A stretch of DNA of 64,000 bases, taken from positions 874-64,873 of the forward strand of contig DATDCV010000404.1 in NCBI GenBank assembly GCA_036524155.1, written 5' to 3'. This document shows, piece after piece, positions 55,461-64,000 of this stretch. The translations under genes and the position numbers were made by a program. Source of the stretch: Verrucomicrobiia bacterium (lineage in GTDB: Bacteria; Verrucomicrobiota; Verrucomicrobiia; Limisphaerales; UBA8199). Within the stretch, counting starts at the first letter, position 1; each line of letters opens with the position of its first letter. The notes under the pieces are model-generated. The model worked only from the letters and a program-made list of their open reading frames with translations. It had not been told where the DNA came from and searched no databases.

Positions 55461-55596
55461 ATCAGTTTAGCTATTGTGTAGGTTGGCGTTGATTGCCTTT
55501 AGTTCTGGCAAACCGGGCCTGCCCCCGCAAGCTCTTTTGCGGAACTCCCTCTCCCTGGGCAAGGCCCGTAACTAAGCCGCCAGAAGTCCCTGGCGT

Positions 55597-55712
55597 GTAG
55601 CGCAGATTTGTAATCTGCCGTATCGCCGATTTCTAATCGGCAGAGCACCGGAGTGGCTGGGCGGCCTGCAGGTTACAAACCTGCGATACGGCAGATTACA
55701 AATCTGCGCTAC
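55597..55712. repeat. 116-bp palindromic element (family C) with 30-bp perfect terminal inverted repeats
   Basis: The arms are gtagcgcagatttgtaatctgccgtatcgc (55597-55626) and gcgatacggcagattacaaatctgcgctac (55683-55712). The element contains the same 17-mer hairpin gccgatttctaatcggc (55625-55641) as family A. Confidence 0.7.
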
Positions 55713-55777
55713 GGCTTTGTCCACAGCCCTGCTCCGTGGGAAAAGTATCCTCCCAAACGCGCAGCGGAGTGCACGCC

Positions 55778-56704
55778 CTACCTTCCGGTGGCGAGCGCCT
55801 TTTCGTACACGCTGAAGGCCTGTTTGAGACGGCCGGCATCCGCGGCCGCGCGGTGAATCCATACCCGGTATTGCAGGCGTATGGTTTTGTCCGGCTCGAA
55901 TGTCCTGGCGTCGACGCCCGGCCAGCCCAGGCACAAAACCCCGTAATGGCGCGTCAGCCACATCGGCGGAAAATCGGGGTGGCTTGGCGCCACAAAGATC
56001 GCGGCGCCGCTGGCCTGCTTCGCCCCGGCAAACTCCGCGCTGAGATCCGCCCATGGCAGCCGCGTCATCGGCAGGTCCTCTTGGCCATTCCCGAGCGGGG
56101 TGGTGATCACCGTGTTGGTGCGTGGCGCGAATCGCAGCGTTAAGCCGCCGTAGCTCTTGCCCTCGGCGCCGGCCAGCGTTACTGACTGGTCCAGCGGAGT
56201 GAGCACAAGCTCTATGTCAATCGCCCGGGAGTCGGCTTCGGCGGGATGCACTTCCAGTGTCACCTGTTCCTGCACGATCTTTTTTGCGCCGGCGTACCAA
56301 CCGTTCTCGACCTTAAGCAGCGCCTTTTGTCCTGCTTCTTTGACCAGCCAGCGCTCGAACCGCTGCTCGGCACCTTTGATCATCCAAAGGTCGTATTCCT
56401 TCCCCCCAGTCTTCACGTGCGGCCACGCCCAAAACAGACCCCGATGGTGGTAGTGATCCTTCGGGAAATCGTCCGTCAGCACTTCGCCATCCAGCCCGTA
56501 AACCGGATGCAGATACGTGCTCCGGGCCCGGTCTGCCGGCACGCCTTCCTTGCGAATGACTCTGTAGTTGTAGACAAAAACCGGCTTCGCTCCCTCCCAC
56601 AGCGCCAGAGACTTCTCACTTACCGCCTCGAAACGGAATTCCGCCCCTATCGCTCCGCCACTCAAAAGCCAAATCCCAGGCAGCGCCCGCAATAAGGTTC
56701 TCAT
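55778..56704 (-). CDS. secreted PmoA-family / DUF6807-like protein
   Basis: The start is chosen at MRTLLRALPGIWLLSGGAIGA (the track start is 56782). The pattern YLHPVYGLDGEVLTDDFPKDHYHHRGLFWAW...DLW...GGLTLRF...WADLS...FVAPSHPDFP..WLTRHYG matches my memory of the PF14100 family. Confidence 0.7.
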   Translation of the reverse strand: MRTLLRALPGIWLLSGGAIGAEFRFEAVSEKSLALWEGAKPVFVYNYRVIRKEGVPADRARSTYLHPVYGLDGEVLTDDFPKDHYHHRGLFWAWPHVKTGGKEYDLWMIKGAEQRFERWLVKEAGQKALLKVENGWYAGAKKIVQEQVTLEVHPAEADSRAIDIELVLTPLDQSVTLAGAEGKSYGGLTLRFAPRTNTVITTPLGNGQEDLPMTRLPWADLSAEFAGAKQASGAAIFVAPSHPDFPPMWLTRHYGVLCLGWPGVDARTFEPDKTIRLQYRVWIHRAAADAGRLKQAFSVYEKALATGR

Positions 56705-56873
56705 AACTCGTTTCACCCCCCTGAAAAAGAACTCTCTGATGCCGTCTGCGTTAAGGAGAATCGATTCCTCGTTGTTGCTCATAGGTCCACCGTCATCGAA
56801 TGCAGTGTGCGAGTGCCCCGCGCCGGGTCAAGGCTGAACAGCCGGTTTATGACCTCTTTCCTTGTACCGTCTT

Positions 56874-58286
56874 TCAGCGTTCGAGTCTATCCATTGGGCT
56901 CCCGGCTTCCATCTCGGCGGGCGTCGCCGACTCCCCCGCCATGTCGTATGGCAACTGCCAATACCGGTCTCCCCTGGCGTTGCTGAAATACAGCCGCGAG
57001 ACGCTTACTTTGCCCGGGTCACCGTCCGCCCAGAAGAAGACAAACGGGTCCTTCCCGTTAACGACCCGTCGCACGTAGGAGTGATTGAACTCGCTTTCGC
57101 GCGTAACGGTTCTCGTTCGCTCCCAGGATTTCCCTGCGTCGCGGCTCGTCCAAACCGCAATGTCCCCGCCTGTTCCGAACGGTTGCGGGCCCGGATCCGT
57201 TGGGCCCATGATTGTCCATCGGCCAGATTCAATCAGCAGGCTCCCCATGTCGTAATTGTGGTCTGAGGTGCACACGACATGGCTTTCCCACTTTGTCCCG
57301 GTCCATTGTGTGACAGTCCACTCTCGAGGACCGCTTTCAGGGCCGGGTTTGAATCCGTTGCTGGTGATGTACAGCAGCACCGGCCTTCCCTGCCGATCAA
57401 AATTGAGGTCGAGCGTATAAACCAGCTTGCCTCGGGACGAATAATCGATCACGCGCGCTGCGTTATCCGGTTTGTCCAGCGGCGTGCTCAATACCCGGCC
57501 GTCGACCGTAGTCCAGGTGCCGCCCCAATTGGTTGTCTGGACATAGTAGAGGTCCGTTCGCCGGTCCGGTTGGCCCCCCGGATGACGGTTGAAAAAACTG
57601 CCGATAGTGTCCCCCACCATCTCGCTCACCTGGTAGTGGCCTTCGAGTGCCGCCAGCCTCCGGTCCGCCGCCCACTGCTTGCCATCAGGGCTGGCAGACC
57701 AGTACAGCTCGCGCCCGCGGGTGTACTTCGTGAACAGAAAAAAGAACCCCCGCCCCGGCCTGAACCGGGGCTGCGGATATGTAAACTCGCGTTCAGCAAC
57801 CACCTCGAACTCAGCTACGCTGTAACGAGTTTTGCTGCGGTAAATGTAGCCGGGCCGGGCGCGGGCGCGACCGCTGATGAACACCCAGATATAACCTTCA
57901 GCGTCGAGCGCAATGCTGGGATTATCGTGTGGATCATTGACCCCTCGTTTGTCGTGTACCACCGTCGGACGCGGCACAGCCTGCCGGGCATGGTCGTAGT
58001 CTGACGCCATCGCCAGCAAGTGCCGCTTTCCTTTCAGCGTGCCACCGTAGACGAAGAAGGTTTTGTCGACGGCCGGCGCATAAATCGCCAGCGGCTGATG
58101 GTCAGCCGTGTAAGTGCCCAGCCCACCCGAATATTTGTCGCCATGCTCCGAAAACTGCCCCAGGGTGAACCAGATCCCCCGATACCCATCCCCCTGGCGG
58201 GAAGCAGCCCCGGCAGTCAATCCCCCCTCGAGGCAACAACACGCTGTCGCCACCAACATAGCCCTCCACGCGTGAGCCGCGTTCAT
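56874..58286 (-). CDS. secreted BNR-repeat (BNR_4-like) beta-propeller protein, probable polysaccharide-active enzyme
   Basis: The start is chosen at MNAAHAWRAMLVATACCCL (the track start is 58439). DPHDNPSIALDAEGYIWVFISGR recalls the BNR_4 family, and the Asp-box is WTSRDAGKSWE. Confidence 0.65.
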   Translation of the reverse strand: MNAAHAWRAMLVATACCCLEGGLTAGAASRQGDGYRGIWFTLGQFSEHGDKYSGGLGTYTADHQPLAIYAPAVDKTFFVYGGTLKGKRHLLAMASDYDHARQAVPRPTVVHDKRGVNDPHDNPSIALDAEGYIWVFISGRARARPGYIYRSKTRYSVAEFEVVAEREFTYPQPRFRPGRGFFFLFTKYTRGRELYWSASPDGKQWAADRRLAALEGHYQVSEMVGDTIGSFFNRHPGGQPDRRTDLYYVQTTNWGGTWTTVDGRVLSTPLDKPDNAARVIDYSSRGKLVYTLDLNFDRQGRPVLLYITSNGFKPGPESGPREWTVTQWTGTKWESHVVCTSDHNYDMGSLLIESGRWTIMGPTDPGPQPFGTGGDIAVWTSRDAGKSWERTRTVTRESEFNHSYVRRVVNGKDPFVFFWADGDPGKVSVSRLYFSNARGDRYWQLPYDMAGESATPAEMEAGSPMDRLER

Positions 58287-58491
58287 GCGCCATCCTCTCG
58301 TACCCAGCCCGCCTCCGCCAAAGAAAAAAAATCCAAAACCCCTTGACGAGTTCCTTTCGAGGGGTAAAGTCGAATTGTCACCCAGCAATGACGAACGAGA
58401 ATGTGATCTCCCATCGGCTATGGAGGAATGAGGTCTCATTCTTATAAGTTACAACAATAAAACAAACAAGATCCATTAACCTAACCTCATC

Positions 58492-61400
58492 ATGAATACT
58501 TCACGATGTATTCCACGGGGCGGCGTCAGGAGCCTCATCAGCGCCGTCGCAGCCTGCTGGTTAATCGCGGCTGGAACAGCCGAAGCTCAATGGTCCGAGA
58601 ACTTTGACGGCTACGCTGCCGGCAGCCAAATGCACGGGCAGGGCGGCTGGGCAGGGTGGGACAATGCCCCGGCAGCAGGCGCGTTGGTTTCGTCCGCACA
58701 AGCCTACAGCGCGCCGAACTCCGTGGCGATCACGGGTGGGTCCGACCTCGTGCATCAGTATTCGGGCTATACCTCGGGCGTGTGGGTCTACCGGGCACGG
58801 CAATATATACCGAGTTCGCTGACTGCGGGTTCCACTTATTTCATCCTGTTGAATCGCTATGCCCCCAGCGGCGCGAATAATAGCTGGTCGATACAAACCG
58901 TATTCGACCTGGCCGCCAACACGTTCCATGACGAGAACGGTACGAGCAGCACTAATGCGATCGTGCGAAATACCTGGGTCGAACTCGCGTATGAGATCGA
59001 TCTCACTCATAACACCGTCAAATGTTTCTATAACAACGTTTTGTTCGCCACCCACGCGTGGCAGAGTGGCGGCGTCAATGCAATCGGCGCGGTGGATCTC
59101 TATGCAAACAACGTGGGTCCGGTCTACTACGACAACCTCAGCCTGAAGCCCGCGACAGTTGTGGTCAACACAGCCGACAACAGCGATTTTAGTGCCGGCA
59201 AGACGAACCTCTATTACGCGATAACAAATTGCGAAAGCGGCGACACGATTGCGTTCAACATCCCGGGTCCGGGCCCGCATTTTCTGCAAGTTCCCGCGGG
59301 CGGCCTCCCGCTCATCTACAAAAAGCACAACCTGACCATCGATGGCTATACCCAGCCGGGCGCCACGCCGAACAGTAATCCGATTACGGCGGCGAATAAC
59401 GCGGTGTTGAAGATCGTAATCGATGGGCGGAACGGCAATGGCCGAAACATGGACGCGAGCACATACGACGGAACGCTGGCGGCCAGCGATCCGCCGATCA
59501 ACAACACTTCCATGTCGCTCGAGCGAACCGGCTACGGTAGCACCGAGTGGGGGCTGTTGGGCATATACCGGTCCAGGAACGTGACGGTCAAGGGTCTGGC
59601 ATTCCTCGGGGACGACCTGACCACCGCCAATAGCGTTTACTGCATTGCCTTCGAGCACGACTACGGGCTGAACACGGCAGTGCTTGACCCGCTGGCCTAT
59701 GATGACGGCAGCGACCGGAACGGGCACGTTGCCGGATGCTGGTTTGGGGTTAACCCCACCAACCAAACCGCTGACGGGGTGGTGAAGACCGCCTCGGGCA
59801 TCGCCTTCTTCCGCCATCGTGACGTCGGCACGGGGGGCACGCGGCCGGAGCTTCCCAATGAAGGTCTGGTCGTCGGTGTGGCTCCTGGCTCAACTAATCC
59901 GCGATCCCAATTCAACGTTTTCGCTGGAGTTGGCTATTCGCTGGCCGGCGAGGCTATCCGTACTCGCGTGTCGGGCAACTTCTTCGGTGTGTTGCCAGAT
60001 GGCGTCACCCCGTATGACCTTAGCTTGCGGAATCCGACGTTTTTCGCTGATGTCGGGTGCCTTTTTGAAATTGGCCGTTATAGCGACACCCAGCCGATAA
60101 TCATCGGGACGGACGGGGACGGGGTAAACGATGCGGATGAGGGTAACCTTCTTGGCCCGGTTGGCGACGCTGCCGGCAACACGGCGATTTCGTTATATGG
60201 CACCAGCAACAAGCCGTACATCATCGCCGGCAACACGTTCGGCATCGGTGTTGACGGCACCCGCTGGACCAACGCTGCCTATTTTGTCTCCAGCATCGGC
60301 ATCAACGGAGGCACTCATGTCCAAATCGGCTCCGATTTTGACGGCGTTAGCGATGCGCTGGAAGCAAATCGGATCTACAACAACTGGCCCATCACGTTGT
60401 ACCCGCTTCCGCCGTTGGGGAACATCCCCTTCATCAGGGTTGACTCCTCTCCCGCGCCCACCGCGGACGCGTGGATATCAGTTCGCGGCAACGTGATGGT
60501 TAACAACGGACTCGCGCCCTATCCTTGGGCCGATGGCTCAGGTACGCGTGTCGCAGCCTTTGTGGCCTATTCGGCCCCTTACCTGGACACCACAGTTACT
60601 TTTCCGGCCATCGCCCCGCTGCCGACGTTGGATGCGACGAATAGCATCTTTCCGAGGTTGAAGGGCACCTTCCCGGTTGGAATCGCTCCTTACACCAACG
60701 TCACGATCGATGTCTACCAACTCGATCCGGAAGGCTGGGCCAATGGGAAATCCATCGCCGGGGCGGGAAGTTGGTTCGCCGAAGGGTTTACCGACTCGTT
60801 CTCGTTCACTAATGGTTTCCCCCAGGGCGCGAAGTACCTGGGTTCATACCCGGTGTCCAACACCGGCAGTTTTGATGTGGATGTTACGGGAAAGGATCTG
60901 GGACCCGGTTTCGTGACCGTCGCCGCCAATTACTCCGCCGATCGCGTGGGAACACATCGCGGCCGGACCTTTACCGGCAATTTCGCGAATCCGATCGCCA
61001 TCATTCCCGCAGGAGCCTCATCGGTGGGGCTGGCGCAAATCGTCCCGGATGTGGCGGTTTGGTACAACACCGCCGGGTACGTAACTAACGGACCGGTGAA
61101 TCCCGCCGCGCAACTCGGCGATAATGGCAATTGGGAGCCGTATACGAGCGTTTCGGGTGACAGCACGTTTTTGGTGGCTTTTGGGACATTTGCGACGGAC
61201 GCAGTGAATCAAAACTTTATTGTAGTGAAGCAGCCGGCCACTGGGGGAGCGGCAAAAATCGGGTACGAATTCTTCGATGACTCCGGCACGCCATTTACAG
61301 GGACGATTAATCTCTCCCGGGTTAATGGCAATCCGCCCCGCGTGGCTGCGGACAAGCGCTACGGCGCGGCCATATTCATCACCGCCGCTGAAACCTCTAT

Positions 61401-62685
61401 CGGCCAGCTTGCCCCATTCCAGACGGTTAGCCGTTGGAGTGCCAGCAACCCGATGTACTCGAGCACCAATCGTTACGTGACCGAACAGTTGTTCACGCTG
61501 AATCCCCTCACTCTGGCGCAGACTCCTGTCACCAACGCCTGGGATTACGTTTATGGCCCCTACCCCGCCACCGCCTTCGGGGCGGGCGCTGACGCCACCC
61601 AGAACGCCCGAACCGGTGGTCGTCCCGAGTTCCTCGACAATGGCAACATCGTTATTATGATTGACGATAAGACCGCCTTTCTTCCTGGCAGTGATGGTGA
61701 AGGCACCACCTTCGCGATCATCAAACCTGACGGCACTATCGTGAAGGGGCCGACTCTGGTCGACATCAACGATATCTGGGACAACATGGCTGCCTACCGG
61801 GGCGGTTTTGCCATTCGCGTTCACAACTTGCTGTATTTCTTTGACAACGACGGCAACGTCCGATCCAGCATCGATATCAATGCCAGCAGCGGTCTGAGCT
61901 TCGGCACCGGCCGCGGTGATGCTTCTCGCATCGGCTCCGATATCCGCAGCCATTATGTTTACCTCGCCGGGCAGTCCCCGGAAGGGGGGCAAAAGCCATA
62001 CCCGGTGTTTGTTGCGATCTGGGATGCTCGCACCGGCAACTTCGTGACCCAGGCCGCTGTGTGCGATGTTGACACGGTCGCCGGCGCCCTGACCGACCGC
62101 GTCTCCGTCGGCGTGGATGCTCTCGATCGCTTCTGCGTCGCTTTTAGTTATCAGCCCACGGCCAACTTCGCCAAACGCCAGGTCGCGGCGCGCGTGATGG
62201 CCTTCGACGGGGCGAATATCTCTTATCTCACGCCCACATTCTTCCCGTTCGTGAACCATGAGAGCAACCCGAACAATGTTCTAGGAATTGAAACCTACCA
62301 CCCGAACGTGTCCATGACGCCGCGGCAAATCCTGATCGCCGCCAAAGGCACGTTTAACGGCGCCAATAACCCCGCACTGGGTCCGGATACCGTCGGCAGC
62401 GAAACCAAGCTCTACACCGTCCTCAGCCACCCCGCCCCCGTGGCGCCGGTGCAGCCTACGATGACGGTCACCCGGTCAGGCAACAACGCCATCGTCTCCT
62501 GGCAAGCCGATGCGGGCCTGTTCGTCCTGCAAGCCACGCCAACCTTGTCGCCGGCGGCGTGGACCGACGTGGCTCCGCAACCGCCGATTGTGCGGGTCGG
62601 CTCGGGTGATGCGAATGATAAGTATCAAATGACCGTGCCGATCGGGTCGGGCAACGTCTTCGGACGTTTGGTGCGCCGGTGGTAG
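58492..62685 (+). CDS. giant secreted protein (1397 aa): LamG-like N-domain, beta-helix-like region, propeller-like region, C-terminal FGRL module
   Basis: The protein has a signal peptide (LISAVAACWLIAAGTAEA). The concanavalin/LamG-like start is QWSENFDGY...VYYDNLSL. VVNTADNSDF..LYYAITNCESGDTIAFNIPGPGPHFLQV...LTIDGYTQPGA is typical of parallel-beta-helix adhesin-like proteins. No enzymatic motif recognised. Confidence 0.82.
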   Translation: MNTSRCIPRGGVRSLISAVAACWLIAAGTAEAQWSENFDGYAAGSQMHGQGGWAGWDNAPAAGALVSSAQAYSAPNSVAITGGSDLVHQYSGYTSGVWVYRARQYIPSSLTAGSTYFILLNRYAPSGANNSWSIQTVFDLAANTFHDENGTSSTNAIVRNTWVELAYEIDLTHNTVKCFYNNVLFATHAWQSGGVNAIGAVDLYANNVGPVYYDNLSLKPATVVVNTADNSDFSAGKTNLYYAITNCESGDTIAFNIPGPGPHFLQVPAGGLPLIYKKHNLTIDGYTQPGATPNSNPITAANNAVLKIVIDGRNGNGRNMDASTYDGTLAASDPPINNTSMSLERTGYGSTEWGLLGIYRSRNVTVKGLAFLGDDLTTANSVYCIAFEHDYGLNTAVLDPLAYDDGSDRNGHVAGCWFGVNPTNQTADGVVKTASGIAFFRHRDVGTGGTRPELPNEGLVVGVAPGSTNPRSQFNVFAGVGYSLAGEAIRTRVSGNFFGVLPDGVTPYDLSLRNPTFFADVGCLFEIGRYSDTQPIIIGTDGDGVNDADEGNLLGPVGDAAGNTAISLYGTSNKPYIIAGNTFGIGVDGTRWTNAAYFVSSIGINGGTHVQIGSDFDGVSDALEANRIYNNWPITLYPLPPLGNIPFIRVDSSPAPTADAWISVRGNVMVNNGLAPYPWADGSGTRVAAFVAYSAPYLDTTVTFPAIAPLPTLDATNSIFPRLKGTFPVGIAPYTNVTIDVYQLDPEGWANGKSIAGAGSWFAEGFTDSFSFTNGFPQGAKYLGSYPVSNTGSFDVDVTGKDLGPGFVTVAANYSADRVGTHRGRTFTGNFANPIAIIPAGASSVGLAQIVPDVAVWYNTAGYVTNGPVNPAAQLGDNGNWEPYTSVSGDSTFLVAFGTFATDAVNQNFIVVKQPATGGAAKIGYEFFDDSGTPFTGTINLSRVNGNPPRVAADKRYGAAIFITAAETSIGQLAPFQTVSRWSASNPMYSSTNRYVTEQLFTLNPLTLAQTPVTNAWDYVYGPYPATAFGAGADATQNARTGGRPEFLDNGNIVIMIDDKTAFLPGSDGEGTTFAIIKPDGTIVKGPTLVDINDIWDNMAAYRGGFAIRVHNLLYFFDNDGNVRSSIDINASSGLSFGTGRGDASRIGSDIRSHYVYLAGQSPEGGQKPYPVFVAIWDARTGNFVTQAAVCDVDTVAGALTDRVSVGVDALDRFCVAFSYQPTANFAKRQVAARVMAFDGANISYLTPTFFPFVNHESNPNNVLGIETYHPNVSMTPRQILIAAKGTFNGANNPALGPDTVGSETKLYTVLSHPAPVAPVQPTMTVTRSGNNAIVSWQADAGLFVLQATPTLSPAAWTDVAPQPPIVRVGSGDANDKYQMTVPIGSGNVFGRLVRRW

Positions 62686-62737
62686 CGACCACGGCGCGTT
62701 GAGGGGTGGTTGAGCCCCGACGACCCGAGAATGTTAA

Positions 62738-62775
62738 AACAAGGAGCTGCCGGTGAACAGCGGCAGCTCCTTGTT
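62738..62775 (+). terminator. 15-bp perfect stem-loop downstream of the giant gene (terminator-like, weak U-tract)
   Basis: The arms are aacaaggagctgccg (62738-62752) and cggcagctccttgtt (62761-62775) with an 8-nt loop, 53 nt after the stop. The stem is followed by gttcagg, so there is no clean T-run. Confidence 0.4.
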
Positions 62776-62817
62776 GTTCAGGAACGCAGTGCAAAAACTA
62801 TGCGTGGCGGCCTTTGA

Positions 62818-63177
62818 CAAAACCGAGCCGAAGACGGTGACTCTTATTCCCACAACCGGAATGGCCCCTGGTTCACCTACGGCGAAACGACTATGAGCCT
62901 CAGACCGCCACCTTCCATGCTGTGGGTGCTGGTGGATGAGAACATCTATAACATCAACGACGCTTCCATGGTGGGCAACAAACCTTACGATTGTCCCGGC
63001 AGCTTTCACAACGGCGCCTGCGGCGTCGCTTTCGCCGATGGACACTCCGAAATCCACAAGTGGCGAGACCAACGCACCGTCGATTGGCGCGGCGCGATCC
63101 ATTATACCCCCTTGAATCCGGATGTAACCTGGCTCCAGGAGCGGACGTCCGCGCGGAAAGAGCCGGTCACCCCCTGA
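62818..63177 (+). pseudogene. 3' remnant of an H-X9-DG (DUF1559-like) prepilin-type protein gene lacking the N-terminal pilin segment
   Basis: The frame is open only from 62818 (an in-frame TGA lies at 62815). It encodes ..MLWVLVDENIYNINDASM...HNGACGVAFADGHSEIHKWRD, which is homologous to the C-terminus of the full-length gene at 5358-6200 ([11 protein letters not shown]...[19 protein letters not shown]). No FTLIELLVV-type N-terminus is found upstream. Confidence 0.5.
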
Positions 63178-63717
63178 CCGGCTCCGACTGTCGCCCGCCG
63201 CCCAGGCAGGGCGGCAGTCCGCTGCCCGCTCATTCTCCCCTATCGCCGCTAGTTCCCTTACCCCCCACTCGCCCCTTGTCTCGAGTCGGCGTTCCCTCTG
63301 GCGAGCAGCGGAATGCACGCCCTGCCTGGCCATAGCCCTGTCCCCCGTTACGCTCCCACCGCCTGCGACCCGGGCGCATCGCTGAGCTTGCGCCCTCACT
63401 ATCCTTTACGCAACTGACGGCGGGGATCTTGCACGGAAAATTCGAAATCCATCGGAATTCCAAGTGAGGTTCGCAGCTCCAGCACGCGAGCCTCTTGTCC
63501 ATCTGGGCTCCACCGGTCCTTTCCCCAGCGCCGTGGGTCGTCTAACCTTCATCACGCCAACAGTCTCCGCCGGTATTCACGTCGCCTCGGGTACCAACCC
63601 GCTCGAGAGACCTCGTCGCGAAGGCATTTGTAGGGGGGATCTCTCCATCTTTCTCTGAAAGACTTGACCTGCCCCTTGCGTATAACAGCATGGGGCCATC
63701 AGGCGGCTCCTTACGCT

Positions 63718-64000
63718 ATGGATACGAAAGTCAATGGATCCATCCCAACCCGTCAAAGCCTGCTGAGCCGGCTCAAAGATTGGGAGGATGACGAGAGCTG
63801 GAAGGAATTCTTCGACACCTATTGGAAGCTGATCTACAACACGGCGATCAAAGCCGGCCTGCGCGACGCCGAAGCCCAGGATGTGGTGCAGGAAACAGTG
63901 CTGGCGGTGTCCAAGTCGATGCGCAAGTTTAGGTACGATCCTGCGGTAGGGCCCTTCAAGGGATGGTTGCTCAAAACTACCCGCTGGAAGATTAGCGACC
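63718..64000 (+). CDS. ECF-type RNA polymerase sigma-70 family factor, 5' part (runs off the right edge)
   Basis: The frame is open from ATG at 63718 to the window end. It encodes MDTKVNGSIPTRQSLLSRLKDWEDDESWKEFFDTYWKLIYNTAIKAGLRDAEAQDVVQETVLAV, which matches the sigma-70 region 2 pattern of planctomycete/verrucomicrobial ECF sigmas. Confidence 0.78.
   Translation, partial: MDTKVNGSIPTRQSLLSRLKDWEDDESWKEFFDTYWKLIYNTAIKAGLRDAEAQDVVQETVLAVSKSMRKFRYDPAVGPFKGWLLKTTRWKISD

Noticed and set aside
58561-62259. 418-aa and 413-aa minus-strand ORFs (58561-59817 and 61018-62259) opposite the giant gene
   Set aside because: The same shadow-ORF explanation applies. They have no start context, no motifs, and a composition typical of antisense frames.
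62734-63399. 221-aa minus-strand ORF across the pseudopilin fragment region
   Set aside because: It is opposite the H-X9-DG-homologous frame. The product is Arg/Ala/Gly-rich without motifs, and its 3' end runs through the hairpin at 62738-62775.
63664-63686. Sigma-70-type promoter TTGACC / TATAAC upstream of the ECF sigma gene
   Set aside because: The two hexamers are separated by only 11 nt (63670-63680) rather than 16-18, so they cannot function together as a canonical promoter.

Overview
This is a GC-rich chromosomal segment (about 60% by eye) that looks like Verrucomicrobiota of the Pedosphaera/Limisphaerales type. That placement is an inference from an H-X9-DG prepilin-type protein, many signal-peptide glycoside hydrolases, a futalosine-pathway radical-SAM gene and dense palindromic intergenic repeats.

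I support about 40 protein genes:
- Secreted carbohydrate-active enzymes: a GH5-like enzyme, a clan GH-A enzyme, GH127, three tandem GH36-like alpha-galactosidase paralogues, BNR/sialidase-like proteins, an SGNH+DUF1080 protein and an acetyl-xylan-esterase-like hydrolase.
- Peptidases: M64, LamG+S41 and an MA-type HEXXH protein.
- Transporters: TRAP dctPQM, an MMPL/RND exporter and a CDF transporter.
- Others: an SF2 helicase, a TPR lipoprotein, an mqnC-like gene, a nucleotide-sugar dehydrogenase, a universal stress protein and the 5' end of an ECF sigma factor at the right edge.

I found no rRNA, tRNA, CRISPR array, transposase, integrase or recognisable defence system.

Observations worth a second look:
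1. At least seven families of palindromic or MITE-like intergenic elements. Two carry about 10-bp flanking direct repeats, and one carries a nested insertion.
2. An inverted pair of 8-nt tandem arrays at 53.5-53.8 kb.
3. A block of uncharacterised envelope genes at 6.4-12.8 kb. It includes a membrane protein with three CxxC...H(Y/F)LEH modules.
4. A C-terminal module of about 70 aa ending in FYR(V/L) that is shared by four unrelated secreted proteins.
5. A 31-codon hydrophobic ORF with its own hairpin, inside a gap of about 1 kb with no other gene.

All domain calls come from motif recognition by eye. No database search was run. Where start codons differ from the ORF track, they are my choice.
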